A program made the translations under genes and the position numbers. Shown here piece after piece: positions 38,348-47,602 of a stretch of 64,000 nt of DNA. The DNA comes from an uncultured Bdellovibrionales bacterium (lineage in GTDB: Bacteria > Patescibacteriota > Minisyncoccia > Moranbacterales > UBA1568). The notes below the pieces were generated by a model. That model was not told where the DNA came from and searched no databases. It worked only from the letters and a program-made list of their open reading frames with translations. The stretch spans positions 9,424 through 73,423 of the forward strand of contig CAZIZG010000005.1 in the NCBI GenBank assembly GCA_964543815.1, given 5' to 3'. Every line of letters begins with the position of its first letter. Position 1 is the stretch's first letter.

Positions 38348-39805
38348 ATGCGTGAAGATATTCTCTCAACTAAACTCGAGAAACTCGAGAAGATTACTAC
38401 GGCCTGCGGGACCGCTTATCCTGATACGGTGACACGAACCCATACCAATAGTGAAGTACTCGAACAGTTCGAAGCACTGAGTGGTACTGATATTCAGGTT
38501 TCCGTCGTCGGGCGAATTAAATCCCTACGTGTGATGGGAAAAATCGCCTTTTGCCATTTAGAAGATGGAACCGGAAAAATGCAGGCATTTTTTTCGTTGG
38601 AAGGATCGGGCGAGGAATCGTTTCAGCTATTTAAAAGCGTAGTTGATCTCGGTGACTTCATTGGTGTAACCGGAACTGTTTTTCTTACCAAGCAGAATGA
38701 AAAGAGTGTCCGCGTGGAACGCTGGCAGATGCTCACAAAGTCGCTTCGCCCAATCCCGACAGAATTTTACGGGTTGAAGGACGAAGAGGAGCTGCTCCGT
38801 CGTCGCTATCTCGATCTTCTTATGAATGAGGAGACGCGGGAGCTTTTTGTAAAAAAGAATGCTTTCTGGCAGACAGTACGACGAGTGCTCTCTGAAAAAC
38901 AGTTTCTTGAGGTTCAGACACCGGTACTTGAACATATTCCTGGTGGCGCTGAAGCGGAGCCGTTTATCACTCACCATAATGCGCTCGATCAGGATTTTTA
39001 CCTTCGTATCTCGCTTGAACTAGCGCTGAAGCGTCTCCTCGTTGGAGGCTATGAGCGGGTGTTTGAAATTGGTCGAGTGTTTCGTAACGAGGGAATCGAT
39101 CGGGAACACTTGCAGGAGTTTGATCACATGGAGTTCTACGCTGCCTATATGAATATGGAGCAGGGCATGGAGCTCGTGGAGCGCCTCTACAAGGATATCG
39201 TCCGAGCTGTGGTTGGAGACCGTATGATGACAGAGCATGAGGGTGAGACAATCAATTGGGACGTTACTTTTCCGCGCGTAGATTATTTTATCGAGTTTCA
39301 GAAAGAAACCGGTATCGATTTGGCTGGTGAAGTGAGTGTTACGGATTTACAGAAGAAGGCTGACGAACTTCATATCAAGTACGAAAAGAACTATGGCAAG
39401 GGCCGTATGATTGATACCCTGTATAAAAAAACAGTTCGTCAGAAACTCATTCAGCCGTGTTTTCTCGTCGGTCATCCGATTGAGGTGTCGCCACTCGCTA
39501 AAACTGACCCGAAGAATCCGCGTCGGACGCTCCGGTTTCAGCCTATCGCCGGACGAAGTGAGCTCGGAAATGGCTTTGCAGAATTGAATGACGCCATCGA
39601 TCAGCGAGCTCGTTTTGAGGAGCAGATGAAACTACGTGATGCCGGAGATAAAGAAGGAATGATGCTTGATGAAGACTTCATTCAGGCGCTTGAATACGGT
39701 ATGCCACCAGCTTGTGGGTTTGGAATGAGCGAACGACTGTTTGCTATCCTTATGAATCGCTCGATTCGAGAAACCGTTATCTTCCCTCCACTTAAGACGA
39801 AATAG
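38348..39805 (+). CDS. lysS: lysine--tRNA ligase (class II)
   Basis: RRRYLDL, GGAEAEPFITHHNAL, FRNEGID, YGMPPACGFG. Confidence 0.96.
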   Translation: MREDILSTKLEKLEKITTACGTAYPDTVTRTHTNSEVLEQFEALSGTDIQVSVVGRIKSLRVMGKIAFCHLEDGTGKMQAFFSLEGSGEESFQLFKSVVDLGDFIGVTGTVFLTKQNEKSVRVERWQMLTKSLRPIPTEFYGLKDEEELLRRRYLDLLMNEETRELFVKKNAFWQTVRRVLSEKQFLEVQTPVLEHIPGGAEAEPFITHHNALDQDFYLRISLELALKRLLVGGYERVFEIGRVFRNEGIDREHLQEFDHMEFYAAYMNMEQGMELVERLYKDIVRAVVGDRMMTEHEGETINWDVTFPRVDYFIEFQKETGIDLAGEVSVTDLQKKADELHIKYEKNYGKGRMIDTLYKKTVRQKLIQPCFLVGHPIEVSPLAKTDPKNPRRTLRFQPIAGRSELGNGFAELNDAIDQRARFEEQMKLRDAGDKEGMMLDEDFIQALEYGMPPACGFGMSERLFAILMNRSIRETVIFPPLKTK

Positions 39806-39807
39806 GT

Positions 39808-40239
39808 ATGCACCCCTCTATTGTTTTTGCTCTGTGCGTTGCTGTGGTCGCTTCCCTTTATCAAGTGTTTCAACGTCAAGCTTCGGGTGTGAATCCCTAC
39901 ATCGTCGGTATTATGGTCAGTGCCGTGGCTATCATGTTTGGTATCGTGGCTATGCTTTCTGGGGGGAAGATAAGTGCTGATGATATCACGCAGGCCAAAT
40001 CAACCTGGATTTTTCTCGTACTGATTGGATTGTGTGCCTTTGGTATCGATTTCTTTACCTCCAAGGCGTACACTGCCGGCGGCAGCGTTTCGGTTATTGG
40101 GCCGATCATCATCTGTGGTGTGGTGCTACTCACGGCTATTTTTGGAGCCATCTTTTTTAAGGAGCCATTGACCCTGCTCAGGGGATTTGGGATTGCCCTT
40201 ATGATTGGCGGGATGTTTCTTGTCTCTGGCAACAGATGA
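39808..40239 (+). CDS. small EamA/DMT family membrane protein
   Basis: 5 TM segments; FFKEPLTLLRGFGIALM. Confidence 0.75.
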   Translation: MHPSIVFALCVAVVASLYQVFQRQASGVNPYIVGIMVSAVAIMFGIVAMLSGGKISADDITQAKSTWIFLVLIGLCAFGIDFFTSKAYTAGGSVSVIGPIIICGVVLLTAIFGAIFFKEPLTLLRGFGIALMIGGMFLVSGNR

Positions 40240-40264
40240 TGGTAGCGTAGGTGAGAGACGTTTC

Positions 40265-40338
40265 GGATGATTAGCTCAGTTGGTTAGAGCACAGCATTCA
40301 CATTGCTGGGGTCACTGGTTCGAATCCAGTATCATCCA
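40265..40338 (+). tRNA. tRNA-Val (CAC), CCA not encoded
   Basis: GGATGAT/ATCATCC acceptor stem, TAGCTCAGTTGG D-arm, CAGCA-TTCACAT-TGCTG anticodon arm, GGTTCGAATCC. Confidence 0.95.
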
Positions 40339-40360
40339 CTCAAATATTACCAGTTTTCTT

Positions 40361-41683
40361 ATGCTCGATATCCAATTTATCCGCAGTAACGTCGAGGCTG
40401 TCAAAGCAGCGGTGACTGCTAAAAACCTTTCTCTTGATGTTGATGCCTTGCTTGCTAAGGATCAGGAGCGCATTGCTCTCCTTCAGGAAATCGAAGAATT
40501 GAAGTCGCTTAAAAATGATATTAACGACCTGATTCAAAATGCGAAGACACCCGAGGAACGATCCGAGGTGATTGAAAAGGGAAAAGAAATCAAACAGAAG
40601 ACTGAGGAGAAAGAACCGTTGTTTGCTAAGGTCAAAGCAGAGTTCGATGGACTCATGGCTCAGGTGCCTAATATCATTTCTCCTGATACTCCGATTGGCA
40701 AAAGTGATGCGGAGAATGTTGAGATTGGGAAGTATGGTGAGATTGCCTCATTTGATTTCACGCCACGTACTCATATCGAGCTGGGTCAGATGCTTGATAT
40801 TCTTGATTTGGAACGAGGCACTAAAGTGTCGGGGTATCGGGGGTACTATTTGAAAAATGAAGGCACGCTCCTCGTCATGGGGCTCATGATGTATGCAGTA
40901 CAGAAGATGGTACAGAAGGGATTCTCACCCATGATTCCGCCGACCCTGGTCAAAAGCTTTCCGCTCTTTGGGAGTGGCTACTTTAAGGGTTTGGAATACG
41001 ATGGAGGCATTGATGAAATTTATCAGGTGGCTACTTCTGACAAGGAAGCGGACGGGAGTCTCTCAAAAGAATCAAAATTTTTGGTTGGAACGGCCGAACC
41101 ATCGCTCCTTGCCTATTATTCAGGTGAGGTGCTCGATGGGGCGACATTACCGTTGCGGTTGGCTGGGTATAGTCAGTGTTATCGCAGTGAAATTGGGAGT
41201 TATGGTAAGGACACCAAGGGTATGTATCGGGTCCATGAGTTTATGAAGGTAGAACAGGTGGTACTCTGTCCAGCTGATATCACACTCGCCAACCAATTGC
41301 AGGATGAGATGATTGCTGTCTCAGAAGAGATGCACCGAGAACTTGGGCTTCCATATCGTAAGATTCAGATTTGTAGTGGTGATATGAGCGCCGGTAAGTA
41401 CCGCGCCTTTGACCTTGAGGCTTGGATGCCGGGCATGAATCGCTACGGTGAAACAGGATCGGCCAGTAACTTTCTCGATTGGCAGGCGCGTCGTCTCAAC
41501 GTTAAGTATAAAGATGACAATGGCGAGAAGAAACATGTCTATATGCTCAACAATACAGCCCTCCCGAGCCCACGTATTTTTATAGCCATCCTTGAAAACT
41601 ACCAGCAGACTGATGGCTCAGTGGTGGTACCGGAGGTACTTCGGCCATTCGTTGGGAAAGATATCATTCGACCAAAGGTGTAG
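40361..41683 (+). CDS. serS: serine--tRNA ligase
   Basis: MLDIQFIR, GTAEP, CYRSEIGSYGKDTKGMYRVHEF, LNNT. Confidence 0.96.
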   Translation: MLDIQFIRSNVEAVKAAVTAKNLSLDVDALLAKDQERIALLQEIEELKSLKNDINDLIQNAKTPEERSEVIEKGKEIKQKTEEKEPLFAKVKAEFDGLMAQVPNIISPDTPIGKSDAENVEIGKYGEIASFDFTPRTHIELGQMLDILDLERGTKVSGYRGYYLKNEGTLLVMGLMMYAVQKMVQKGFSPMIPPTLVKSFPLFGSGYFKGLEYDGGIDEIYQVATSDKEADGSLSKESKFLVGTAEPSLLAYYSGEVLDGATLPLRLAGYSQCYRSEIGSYGKDTKGMYRVHEFMKVEQVVLCPADITLANQLQDEMIAVSEEMHRELGLPYRKIQICSGDMSAGKYRAFDLEAWMPGMNRYGETGSASNFLDWQARRLNVKYKDDNGEKKHVYMLNNTALPSPRIFIAILENYQQTDGSVVVPEVLRPFVGKDIIRPKV

Positions 41684-41702
41684 TCAGTGGTTGGGAAGTG
41701 AC

Positions 41703-41749
41703 AAAAAGAAAGACGGGCCGCTCGCGTGTTTGCGAGGGCCCGTTTTGTT
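41703..41749. terminator. bidirectional intrinsic terminator
   Basis: ACGGGCC-G-CTCGC/GCGAG-GGCCCGT flanked by A- and T-rich tracts, between convergent genes. Confidence 0.7.
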
Positions 41750-41763
41750 GACGAAAAGTGTAT

Positions 41764-42225
41764 TTAGAGACGCAGAAGCTCTTCAGCGTAGCTTAGAACA
41801 CCGTTGAATGTTTCTGGGTCGTTCATGTGACCGAGTATTCGGCCCTCTTGTCGCATGGTGTTGGCCCCGGGGATGTAGAGCGCCCGATGCTGAACGGGGA
41901 AGTAGTGGCAGAATCGATCAAAGTCCGCTAAGCTGCCAACAACGCCATCGCTGGCGCGATCCCCACTTCTATTCAAGTACGAGGGATTGTCCGAGAAGAT
42001 GAGGTGTCGCCTCTGGCCGATGCTGTACCCAATCACGTGGGTGTGGATTCTCTCGGGGGGACCGCGTCGCGTACCGTTGTTATAGAGGCGAAAGATGTCC
42101 TCCATGTGTCGCGCCGGGATCACGATGACGGTTCCATTGTTTCGGTCGTAGTACCACAGACTCTTCGGAATGAAGAGCCAGATATACAAGCGCCAAACCA
42201 TTTGTTTGAAAAGGTTCATGTCCAC
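41764..42225 (-). CDS. orphan protein (153 aa)
   Basis: AAGGAG SD 6 nt before GTG; TTGACA-type promoter candidate near 42343-42314. Confidence 0.65.
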   Translation of the reverse strand: MDMNLFKQMVWRLYIWLFIPKSLWYYDRNNGTVIVIPARHMEDIFRLYNNGTRRGPPERIHTHVIGYSIGQRRHLIFSDNPSYLNRSGDRASDGVVGSLADFDRFCHYFPVQHRALYIPGANTMRQEGRILGHMNDPETFNGVLSYAEELLRL

Positions 42226-42380
42226 GATACACTCCTTGCCTGCCTCGCACCAGTCTCTTCTCAGTGCACCTGTTGCTAGAGATAGAGTAGAATTGAGGAC
42301 TTATTAGCGTTTGTATATAATCACAGAATTTGTTTTTTGTCAATAATAAAAACTCCCAAATGGGAGTCTTATCTCATTAG

Positions 42381-42453
42381 TGGGTGCGGGGGGAATCGAA
42401 CCCTCGACCGTTGGCTTAAAAGGCCACTGCTCTACCGACTGAGCTACGCACCC
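42381..42453 (-). tRNA. tRNA-Lys (TTT), CCA not encoded
   Basis: reverse complement GGGTGCGTAGCTCAGTCGGTAGAGCAGTGGC-CTTTTAA-GCCAACGGTCGAGGGTTCGATTCCCCCCGCACCCA. Confidence 0.95.
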
Positions 42454-42574
42454 GATTTGGATATAACAGTGTGTAGTCTAATGAATTTCTTCATATTCGT
42501 CAATCTCACTGACCTATCATTTCTTTTCTGTGACTAGCCTTTCTGTTATACTGAGGAGGAAATTACATATCAAT

Positions 42575-43762
42575 ATGGTCAAAAAAATACTGCTGCTTGC
42601 AGGGCTTTCGGTGATGTTATCTGGGTGTACGATTCAACTTCCGATTCCAGTAACGGGTCCAGATTCTGCCTTGACTGGCAATACGATAAAAAAGGGAAGT
42701 CTCTGGAAGACGAGTGACTCTGGTCAATCTTTTGAATTGAAATCGACCATTGATGAAAAAACAAGTATTACCAAAGCAGATATTCTTTCTGTCGCTTTTC
42801 ATCCCAAGACGCCTGGGACGATATATGTCAGCTCGATAGAGAATGGTATTTTTAAAACCGAGAATGGAGGGGAACAGTGGATGCCAATTGCGTTTCCGCC
42901 AAAGAAAATATACAGCTTTATCCTCGACAAAAATAATCCCGATACTCGTATGTTCGCATCGGGCGTAGTGGGGGATTGGGGTAAAATTTTTCGGACTGAT
43001 GATGGTGGAGAGAAATGGGACCCGGTGTACACAGAGCCTGGTCAGCAGGTGCCAGTGACAGCCCTTTCGCAACATCCGGCGGATATGAATGTTATCTTTG
43101 CTGGAACCTATACGGGAACTGTTATTAAAAGTGTCGATAGTGGAGATACTTGGAAAAATGTAGGTAGCAAGATCGATGGTATCGTGGCGGATATAGTTTT
43201 TGACGCCAAAAAACAATTTGTCACATATCTCCTTACTTTCAATCAGAAAGTATATTATTCTCCGGATGGCGGGGTGTCATGGATTGACTGGGAGGAAGAG
43301 AAGCAGAAAGAGGTGACTGCCCTTCAAAAGGAAGCGAGCGATGTGGCAGCCCGCGGAGATGCTAAGAGGGCAGAAGTATTACTTAAGTCAGCCCAAGCGT
43401 TGATGGAGCGTAATCAGAAAGATAAGATGCCGCCGAATATTGTATCTGTGGCAGCTGACCCTGTGGAGACCGGTGTTTTGTATGCCGGAACAAATGCCGG
43501 TATTTTCAGGAGTCCCGATTATGGAAAATACTGGTATGAACTCAATATCATTGAAAGTGCTAAAAAATTCCCCATTCGATCAATAGCTATCAGTCCAGGG
43601 GATTCAAATGAGATTGTTTTTGTTTCAGGGAAGGCTTTTTATAGATCAACTGATAAGGGCGCGACTTGGTCAGTGACCGGATTAGAGGTTGATAGGAATG
43701 CTTCTTTTGTTTCTTATGATCCCTTTGACACTAAGTCGCTGTTTGTTGGGCTTCGGAAGTAA
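42575..43762 (+). CDS. lipoprotein with BNR/Asp-box (YCF48/VPS10-like) beta-propeller
   Basis: lipobox LSGC; repeated S/T-x-D-G-G-x-x-W Asp boxes; a helical insert. Confidence 0.8.
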   Translation: MVKKILLLAGLSVMLSGCTIQLPIPVTGPDSALTGNTIKKGSLWKTSDSGQSFELKSTIDEKTSITKADILSVAFHPKTPGTIYVSSIENGIFKTENGGEQWMPIAFPPKKIYSFILDKNNPDTRMFASGVVGDWGKIFRTDDGGEKWDPVYTEPGQQVPVTALSQHPADMNVIFAGTYTGTVIKSVDSGDTWKNVGSKIDGIVADIVFDAKKQFVTYLLTFNQKVYYSPDGGVSWIDWEEEKQKEVTALQKEASDVAARGDAKRAEVLLKSAQALMERNQKDKMPPNIVSVAADPVETGVLYAGTNAGIFRSPDYGKYWYELNIIESAKKFPIRSIAISPGDSNEIVFVSGKAFYRSTDKGATWSVTGLEVDRNASFVSYDPFDTKSLFVGLRK

Positions 43763-43793
43763 TAAACTATACTCGTAAAACCGTTTAACCTCT

Positions 43794-44351
43794 ATGGTCA
43801 AGGAACTGATACAGGACAAGAAGGAAAATTTTGATAGTGCTGTTGTGCACTTCAGTGAAGAAGCCGCCAAGATTCGTACCGGTCGAGCTCATCCGGGGTT
43901 AGTGGAGAATCTTTCGGTTGACTACTACGGTACCCGTACGCCGCTTCGTCAAATTGCGAGTATCAGTATTCCGGAAGCTCGTCAGATTCTCATTTCACCT
44001 TGGGATAAAGGGAGTCTGGTGCTGATTGAGGCGGCTATCCGAGAGTCAGATTTGGGATTAGCTCCCGGCAATGATGGTGTGGCACTTCGGATTACGCTTC
44101 CGGCACTAACGGAGGAAACTCGCAAGAACCTGGTCAAGACGCTTAATCAGAAGGCTGAGGAGGCCCGGATTGCGGTCCGCAACATTCGTGAAGAAATTTG
44201 GAAGGATATCCAGGACTTTGAAAAGTCCGGCGACATTTCTGAAGATGATAAGTTTGCTGGTAAAGAAGAATTGCAGAAAGTGGTTGATGAGTATAACCAA
44301 AAACTAGAAGTGTTGCGCAAGAAAAAAGAAGAAGAGGTAATGACTGTTTAA
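43794..44351 (+). CDS. frr: ribosome recycling factor
   Basis: IRTGRA, VDYYG, PALTEETRK, AVRNIR. Confidence 0.97.
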   Translation: MVKELIQDKKENFDSAVVHFSEEAAKIRTGRAHPGLVENLSVDYYGTRTPLRQIASISIPEARQILISPWDKGSLVLIEAAIRESDLGLAPGNDGVALRITLPALTEETRKNLVKTLNQKAEEARIAVRNIREEIWKDIQDFEKSGDISEDDKFAGKEELQKVVDEYNQKLEVLRKKKEEEVMTV

Positions 44352-44361
44352 TATTGAAACT

Positions 44362-45507
44362 ATGCTGACGCTCCTGACATTTGTTATTCTCCTGGGTATC
44401 CTCGTGTTTGTTCATGAGTTGGGACATTTCCTAACTGCCAAAAGAAATGGTATCGCTGTAGACGAGTTTGGCTTCGGGTTTCCACCGAGACTACTCGGAG
44501 TGGTAAAAAACGAGACTGGGCGGTATCAGCTGGTATGGGGGAATAAGGAGATGCCGACTGGAGAGACCGTGTACTCACTTAACTGGATTCCGCTAGGCGG
44601 GTTTGTGAAGATTGTGGGTGAAGATGGTCACGATACGAATAATCCAACGAGCTTTGCTGGTAAATCAGCTTGGACGCGGATTAAGGTGCTCGGGGCGGGG
44701 GTGGCCATGAACTTCCTCTTAGCCTGGGTCCTGTTCTCCGTTGTGTTCATGCTGGGACTGCCTCAACCGATTGATTCAAGTGAACATGGCAAATATCCTG
44801 ATGCTAAGATTCAAATTCTTTCGGTTGGGAAAGGTACACCGGCTGAAGCGATGGGACTCAGTATGGGGGATGCCATTGTTTCCCTCAATGGTCAACCGGT
44901 GGAGAGTCTGGAGCAGATTGCTGAGGGTATTGCTTCCCATAAGGGCGAGAGTATAACAATTGGCGTTGATCGATTTGGTCAGATACTTACTCTCTCTGGT
45001 ACGCCACGTCTTGATTATCCAGTGAGTGAGGGTGCTCTCGGGATTTCTTTTTCTGAGACGGCCGTGGTTTCGTACCCGTGGTATGAGGCAATCTATCAGG
45101 GAGCACTCAGTACGTATCATATTACCGTCGCTATTCTCGAGGCGTTTGGGAAAATGATTGCCTCTCTCTGGAGTGCTGAGAAGACCCCTCTTGATGTTAC
45201 TGGTCCGGTTGGGATTGTGTATCTTACTAAACAGATGAGTGATCTCGGGTTGCCGTATCTCCTCCAGTTTGCGGCTCTCCTTTCCATCAATCTCGGCATC
45301 ATTAATATTCTGCCCATCCCGGCACTCGACGGTGGCCGCATCCTCTTTATTCTTATTGAGCGTCTCAAGGGGAGTCCCGTCAGTCGACAAGTCGAAGGTA
45401 TCATTCACCAAGTAGGGTTTATCGCCCTTCTACTCCTCATGCTTTTTGTCACCATTCGGGATTTTTCCCAGTTTCAGATTCTTGATAAGTTGACCCGTCT
45501 CTTCTAG
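44362..45507 (+). CDS. rseP: RIP metalloprotease RseP (M50, PDZ)
   Basis: HELGH, IPLGGFVKI, NILPIPALDGG. Confidence 0.93.
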   Translation: MLTLLTFVILLGILVFVHELGHFLTAKRNGIAVDEFGFGFPPRLLGVVKNETGRYQLVWGNKEMPTGETVYSLNWIPLGGFVKIVGEDGHDTNNPTSFAGKSAWTRIKVLGAGVAMNFLLAWVLFSVVFMLGLPQPIDSSEHGKYPDAKIQILSVGKGTPAEAMGLSMGDAIVSLNGQPVESLEQIAEGIASHKGESITIGVDRFGQILTLSGTPRLDYPVSEGALGISFSETAVVSYPWYEAIYQGALSTYHITVAILEAFGKMIASLWSAEKTPLDVTGPVGIVYLTKQMSDLGLPYLLQFAALLSINLGIINILPIPALDGGRILFILIERLKGSPVSRQVEGIIHQVGFIALLLLMLFVTIRDFSQFQILDKLTRLF

Positions 45508-45578
45508 CGATAAAAAAGCTTTAGAAAAGCCTCAATCCGTACTCATGCGGGAGGGGCTTTTCTTCTTTCTTGGCTCTA

Positions 45579-45607
45579 TTGACATTTCCTGTATTTTTTG
45601 GTAATAT
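45579..45607 (+). promoter_or_regulatory. sigma70-type promoter
   Basis: TTGACA-17 nt-TAATAT with an extended -10 TG. Confidence 0.7.
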
Positions 45608-45635
45608 ATAAGGTCTATAAATAGTATCAACATTT

Positions 45636-46301
45636 ATGGGAAATCAGAATCTTTTCGTGTTGCTTCGCTCGAAATTTGGTACCCTGGTCATCTGGGGATT
45701 GCTTTTCGGCGCCTTGGCATTCTTCGGTCTTCTTATGACCGAAAAGCCATTTCAGACCAAGATGGATTTCTTGGTAGTGCAGGCTAATGCGACCAATCAG
45801 GATTTCTATACCCAGTTTAAATCCTCTGAGTATCTGGGCAAGATTTTGTCTGAGGCGGTGTACAGCGATCGCTTTATTGATGCCCTTGTTGAAACTGGCA
45901 AGGTAAATAAAGAATTCCTGCCTTTTGATAAACAGCAACGCCTCGCTACTTGGAGCAAGATGGTCCAGGTTGATAAGAACCTTGAACTCGGTATCATCAG
46001 TGTGACTGTCAAAGGTGATCGTGAACGCGATGTTGCTCGAATCATGGATGGTATCGCCGAGGTACTGACGACGCGCAATTCCCTCTTCCGTGGTGGTGAT
46101 GAAAAGAGCGTGGAGATCCGAATTCTTTCCGGCCCCATTCTTGAGCAGAATCCTGGGATGGCCAAGACACTGAAAGTGGTGCTCGTTGCCTTCCTCGCTG
46201 GACTGTTTGTTTCAGCCTTTGTCATCATCGTGAAAGCTGAATCCAAAACGAAGCCAGTCATTCGTCCGGATGGTCTTCATTTGAACGATACCATAGTCTA
46301 A
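45636..46301 (+). CDS. Wzz/CapA-like membrane protein
   Basis: two terminal TM helices; same architecture as the 22446 protein. Confidence 0.6.
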   Translation: MGNQNLFVLLRSKFGTLVIWGLLFGALAFFGLLMTEKPFQTKMDFLVVQANATNQDFYTQFKSSEYLGKILSEAVYSDRFIDALVETGKVNKEFLPFDKQQRLATWSKMVQVDKNLELGIISVTVKGDRERDVARIMDGIAEVLTTRNSLFRGGDEKSVEIRILSGPILEQNPGMAKTLKVVLVAFLAGLFVSAFVIIVKAESKTKPVIRPDGLHLNDTIV

Positions 46302-46454
46302 GTAATTCCTTGATACTTGTGGCTTTCTGGTCATAAGTATCCTGGGAAGAGAGCGGTGTAGCGTTATCGTCATCACTGCTTTCTTCCTAGGATAGATTCG
46401 AAAGTGTAGTTTAACAATCAGTCTATCAGTTTTCAACTTCAACCTGGAGGTCGT

Positions 46455-47582
46455 ATGACCATGTTTCATAAGCTTTTGCTTCTGATCGTGTACGCGGCCT
46501 TCGCTGGTTGTGCCACGAATCCGCGTTTTGCCACTGAACTGCCCGCGAGTCATATCTCGGGTCAGAAGGTGTGTGAAGTGCCACAGCATTGGGAGGCGCT
46601 GGCGCTGAAAGGCGTCAATATGAAGTCGCTTACCAAGGCGAATGTGATTCAAGTGAGGATTCCGCCACAATGGGTGGGGGATGCGCTCGGGTGGTTTGTC
46701 GAGAGCGAGGAAGCTCGTACACTCGAACACTATCCGCGTATGACATGGCAAGCGCTGGTGGTAAATCAGCGTGGCGAGAAACAGATGTTTCCCGCCGTCA
46801 TGAAGAACCCGCTCGTTTCACCGATACTGACGATCATCATTGCAGACCCGGCATTTTCGATGGGGGATGAAGTGAACGTGTATGTGCCATCGGGCGCCTA
46901 CACCAAGCTTCTGACTACCACCGGTGATATGCTGCGTCTACCGATGAGTATGGACTGCCTTGGATTGGTTGATGCCGAATTCGTTCGGTCATTTCCGTCC
47001 AAGGCTCGAGTGCTGCCGGCAGGTGAAAGTCTGCTTGCGGGTATTCGGAAGGACTTCTCTGAGCCATCACTGCAAAGCGATGGCACGGTCTATTCCATCA
47101 GTCCGTTGGCGCTCACTCCGCAAGTGGTGGGTGACCTCCGTCAGGTGACACAGGGTGAGCGTATCGCTGAACGTGGTTTGCCGATTGCCTTTCCTCCAGG
47201 ATTGGGCACGGCAATTTCGCTCACTGTTGCTCTCGCGAGCACTGGTGACGATAAGTACGTCGGACCTTTCGGGGAACGGCTGTACTCACCACCTGAGGTG
47301 AATGCTGCGCTCGCTCGATATCTGCGCGTTTACAACTCGCTTAAGAATGACCTGGAATGGCGTCTGGGGATACCTCCTTCGGATGCTGTTGCTCCTCACC
47401 TGACCTTTGACGGACGCAAGTCCGGCTGGGAAATCGGTGAAGAGATGGTCTTTCGAGTGAGGGCCATGTGGGAAGTGCTCGATCAGTTGAAAGAGCGCTT
47501 TCTGTCTCGCACCAAGGAGAAAGGTGCACCTGCAATGAAAGAAGCAACTCAGACCGGGCTGCTTCCGAGCAGCTCACCTTAA
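46455..47582 (+). CDS. orphan lipoprotein (375 aa)
   Basis: GGAGG SD at 46446-46450; signal ending in lipobox FAG-C. Confidence 0.75.
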   Translation: MTMFHKLLLLIVYAAFAGCATNPRFATELPASHISGQKVCEVPQHWEALALKGVNMKSLTKANVIQVRIPPQWVGDALGWFVESEEARTLEHYPRMTWQALVVNQRGEKQMFPAVMKNPLVSPILTIIIADPAFSMGDEVNVYVPSGAYTKLLTTTGDMLRLPMSMDCLGLVDAEFVRSFPSKARVLPAGESLLAGIRKDFSEPSLQSDGTVYSISPLALTPQVVGDLRQVTQGERIAERGLPIAFPPGLGTAISLTVALASTGDDKYVGPFGERLYSPPEVNAALARYLRVYNSLKNDLEWRLGIPPSDAVAPHLTFDGRKSGWEIGEEMVFRVRAMWEVLDQLKERFLSRTKEKGAPAMKEATQTGLLPSSSP

Positions 47583-47602
47583 ACCCTTTGGAAGGAGTTC
47601 CC

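Noticed and set aside
40280-40360. N-terminal extension of SerS in the ORF track
   Set aside because: It overlaps tRNA-Val; the real start is ATG 40361 (MLDIQFIR).
41764-42453. tRNA-anchored genomic island or prophage
   Set aside because: No integrase, no duplicated tRNA 3' end and no phage genes are seen.
47468-47602. Longer start for the LysM protein (similarly 5027, 15539, 35742, 50953, 58417, 60739)
   Set aside because: These extensions overlap neighbouring genes; downstream ATGs fit signal peptides, SD sites or family N-termini better.
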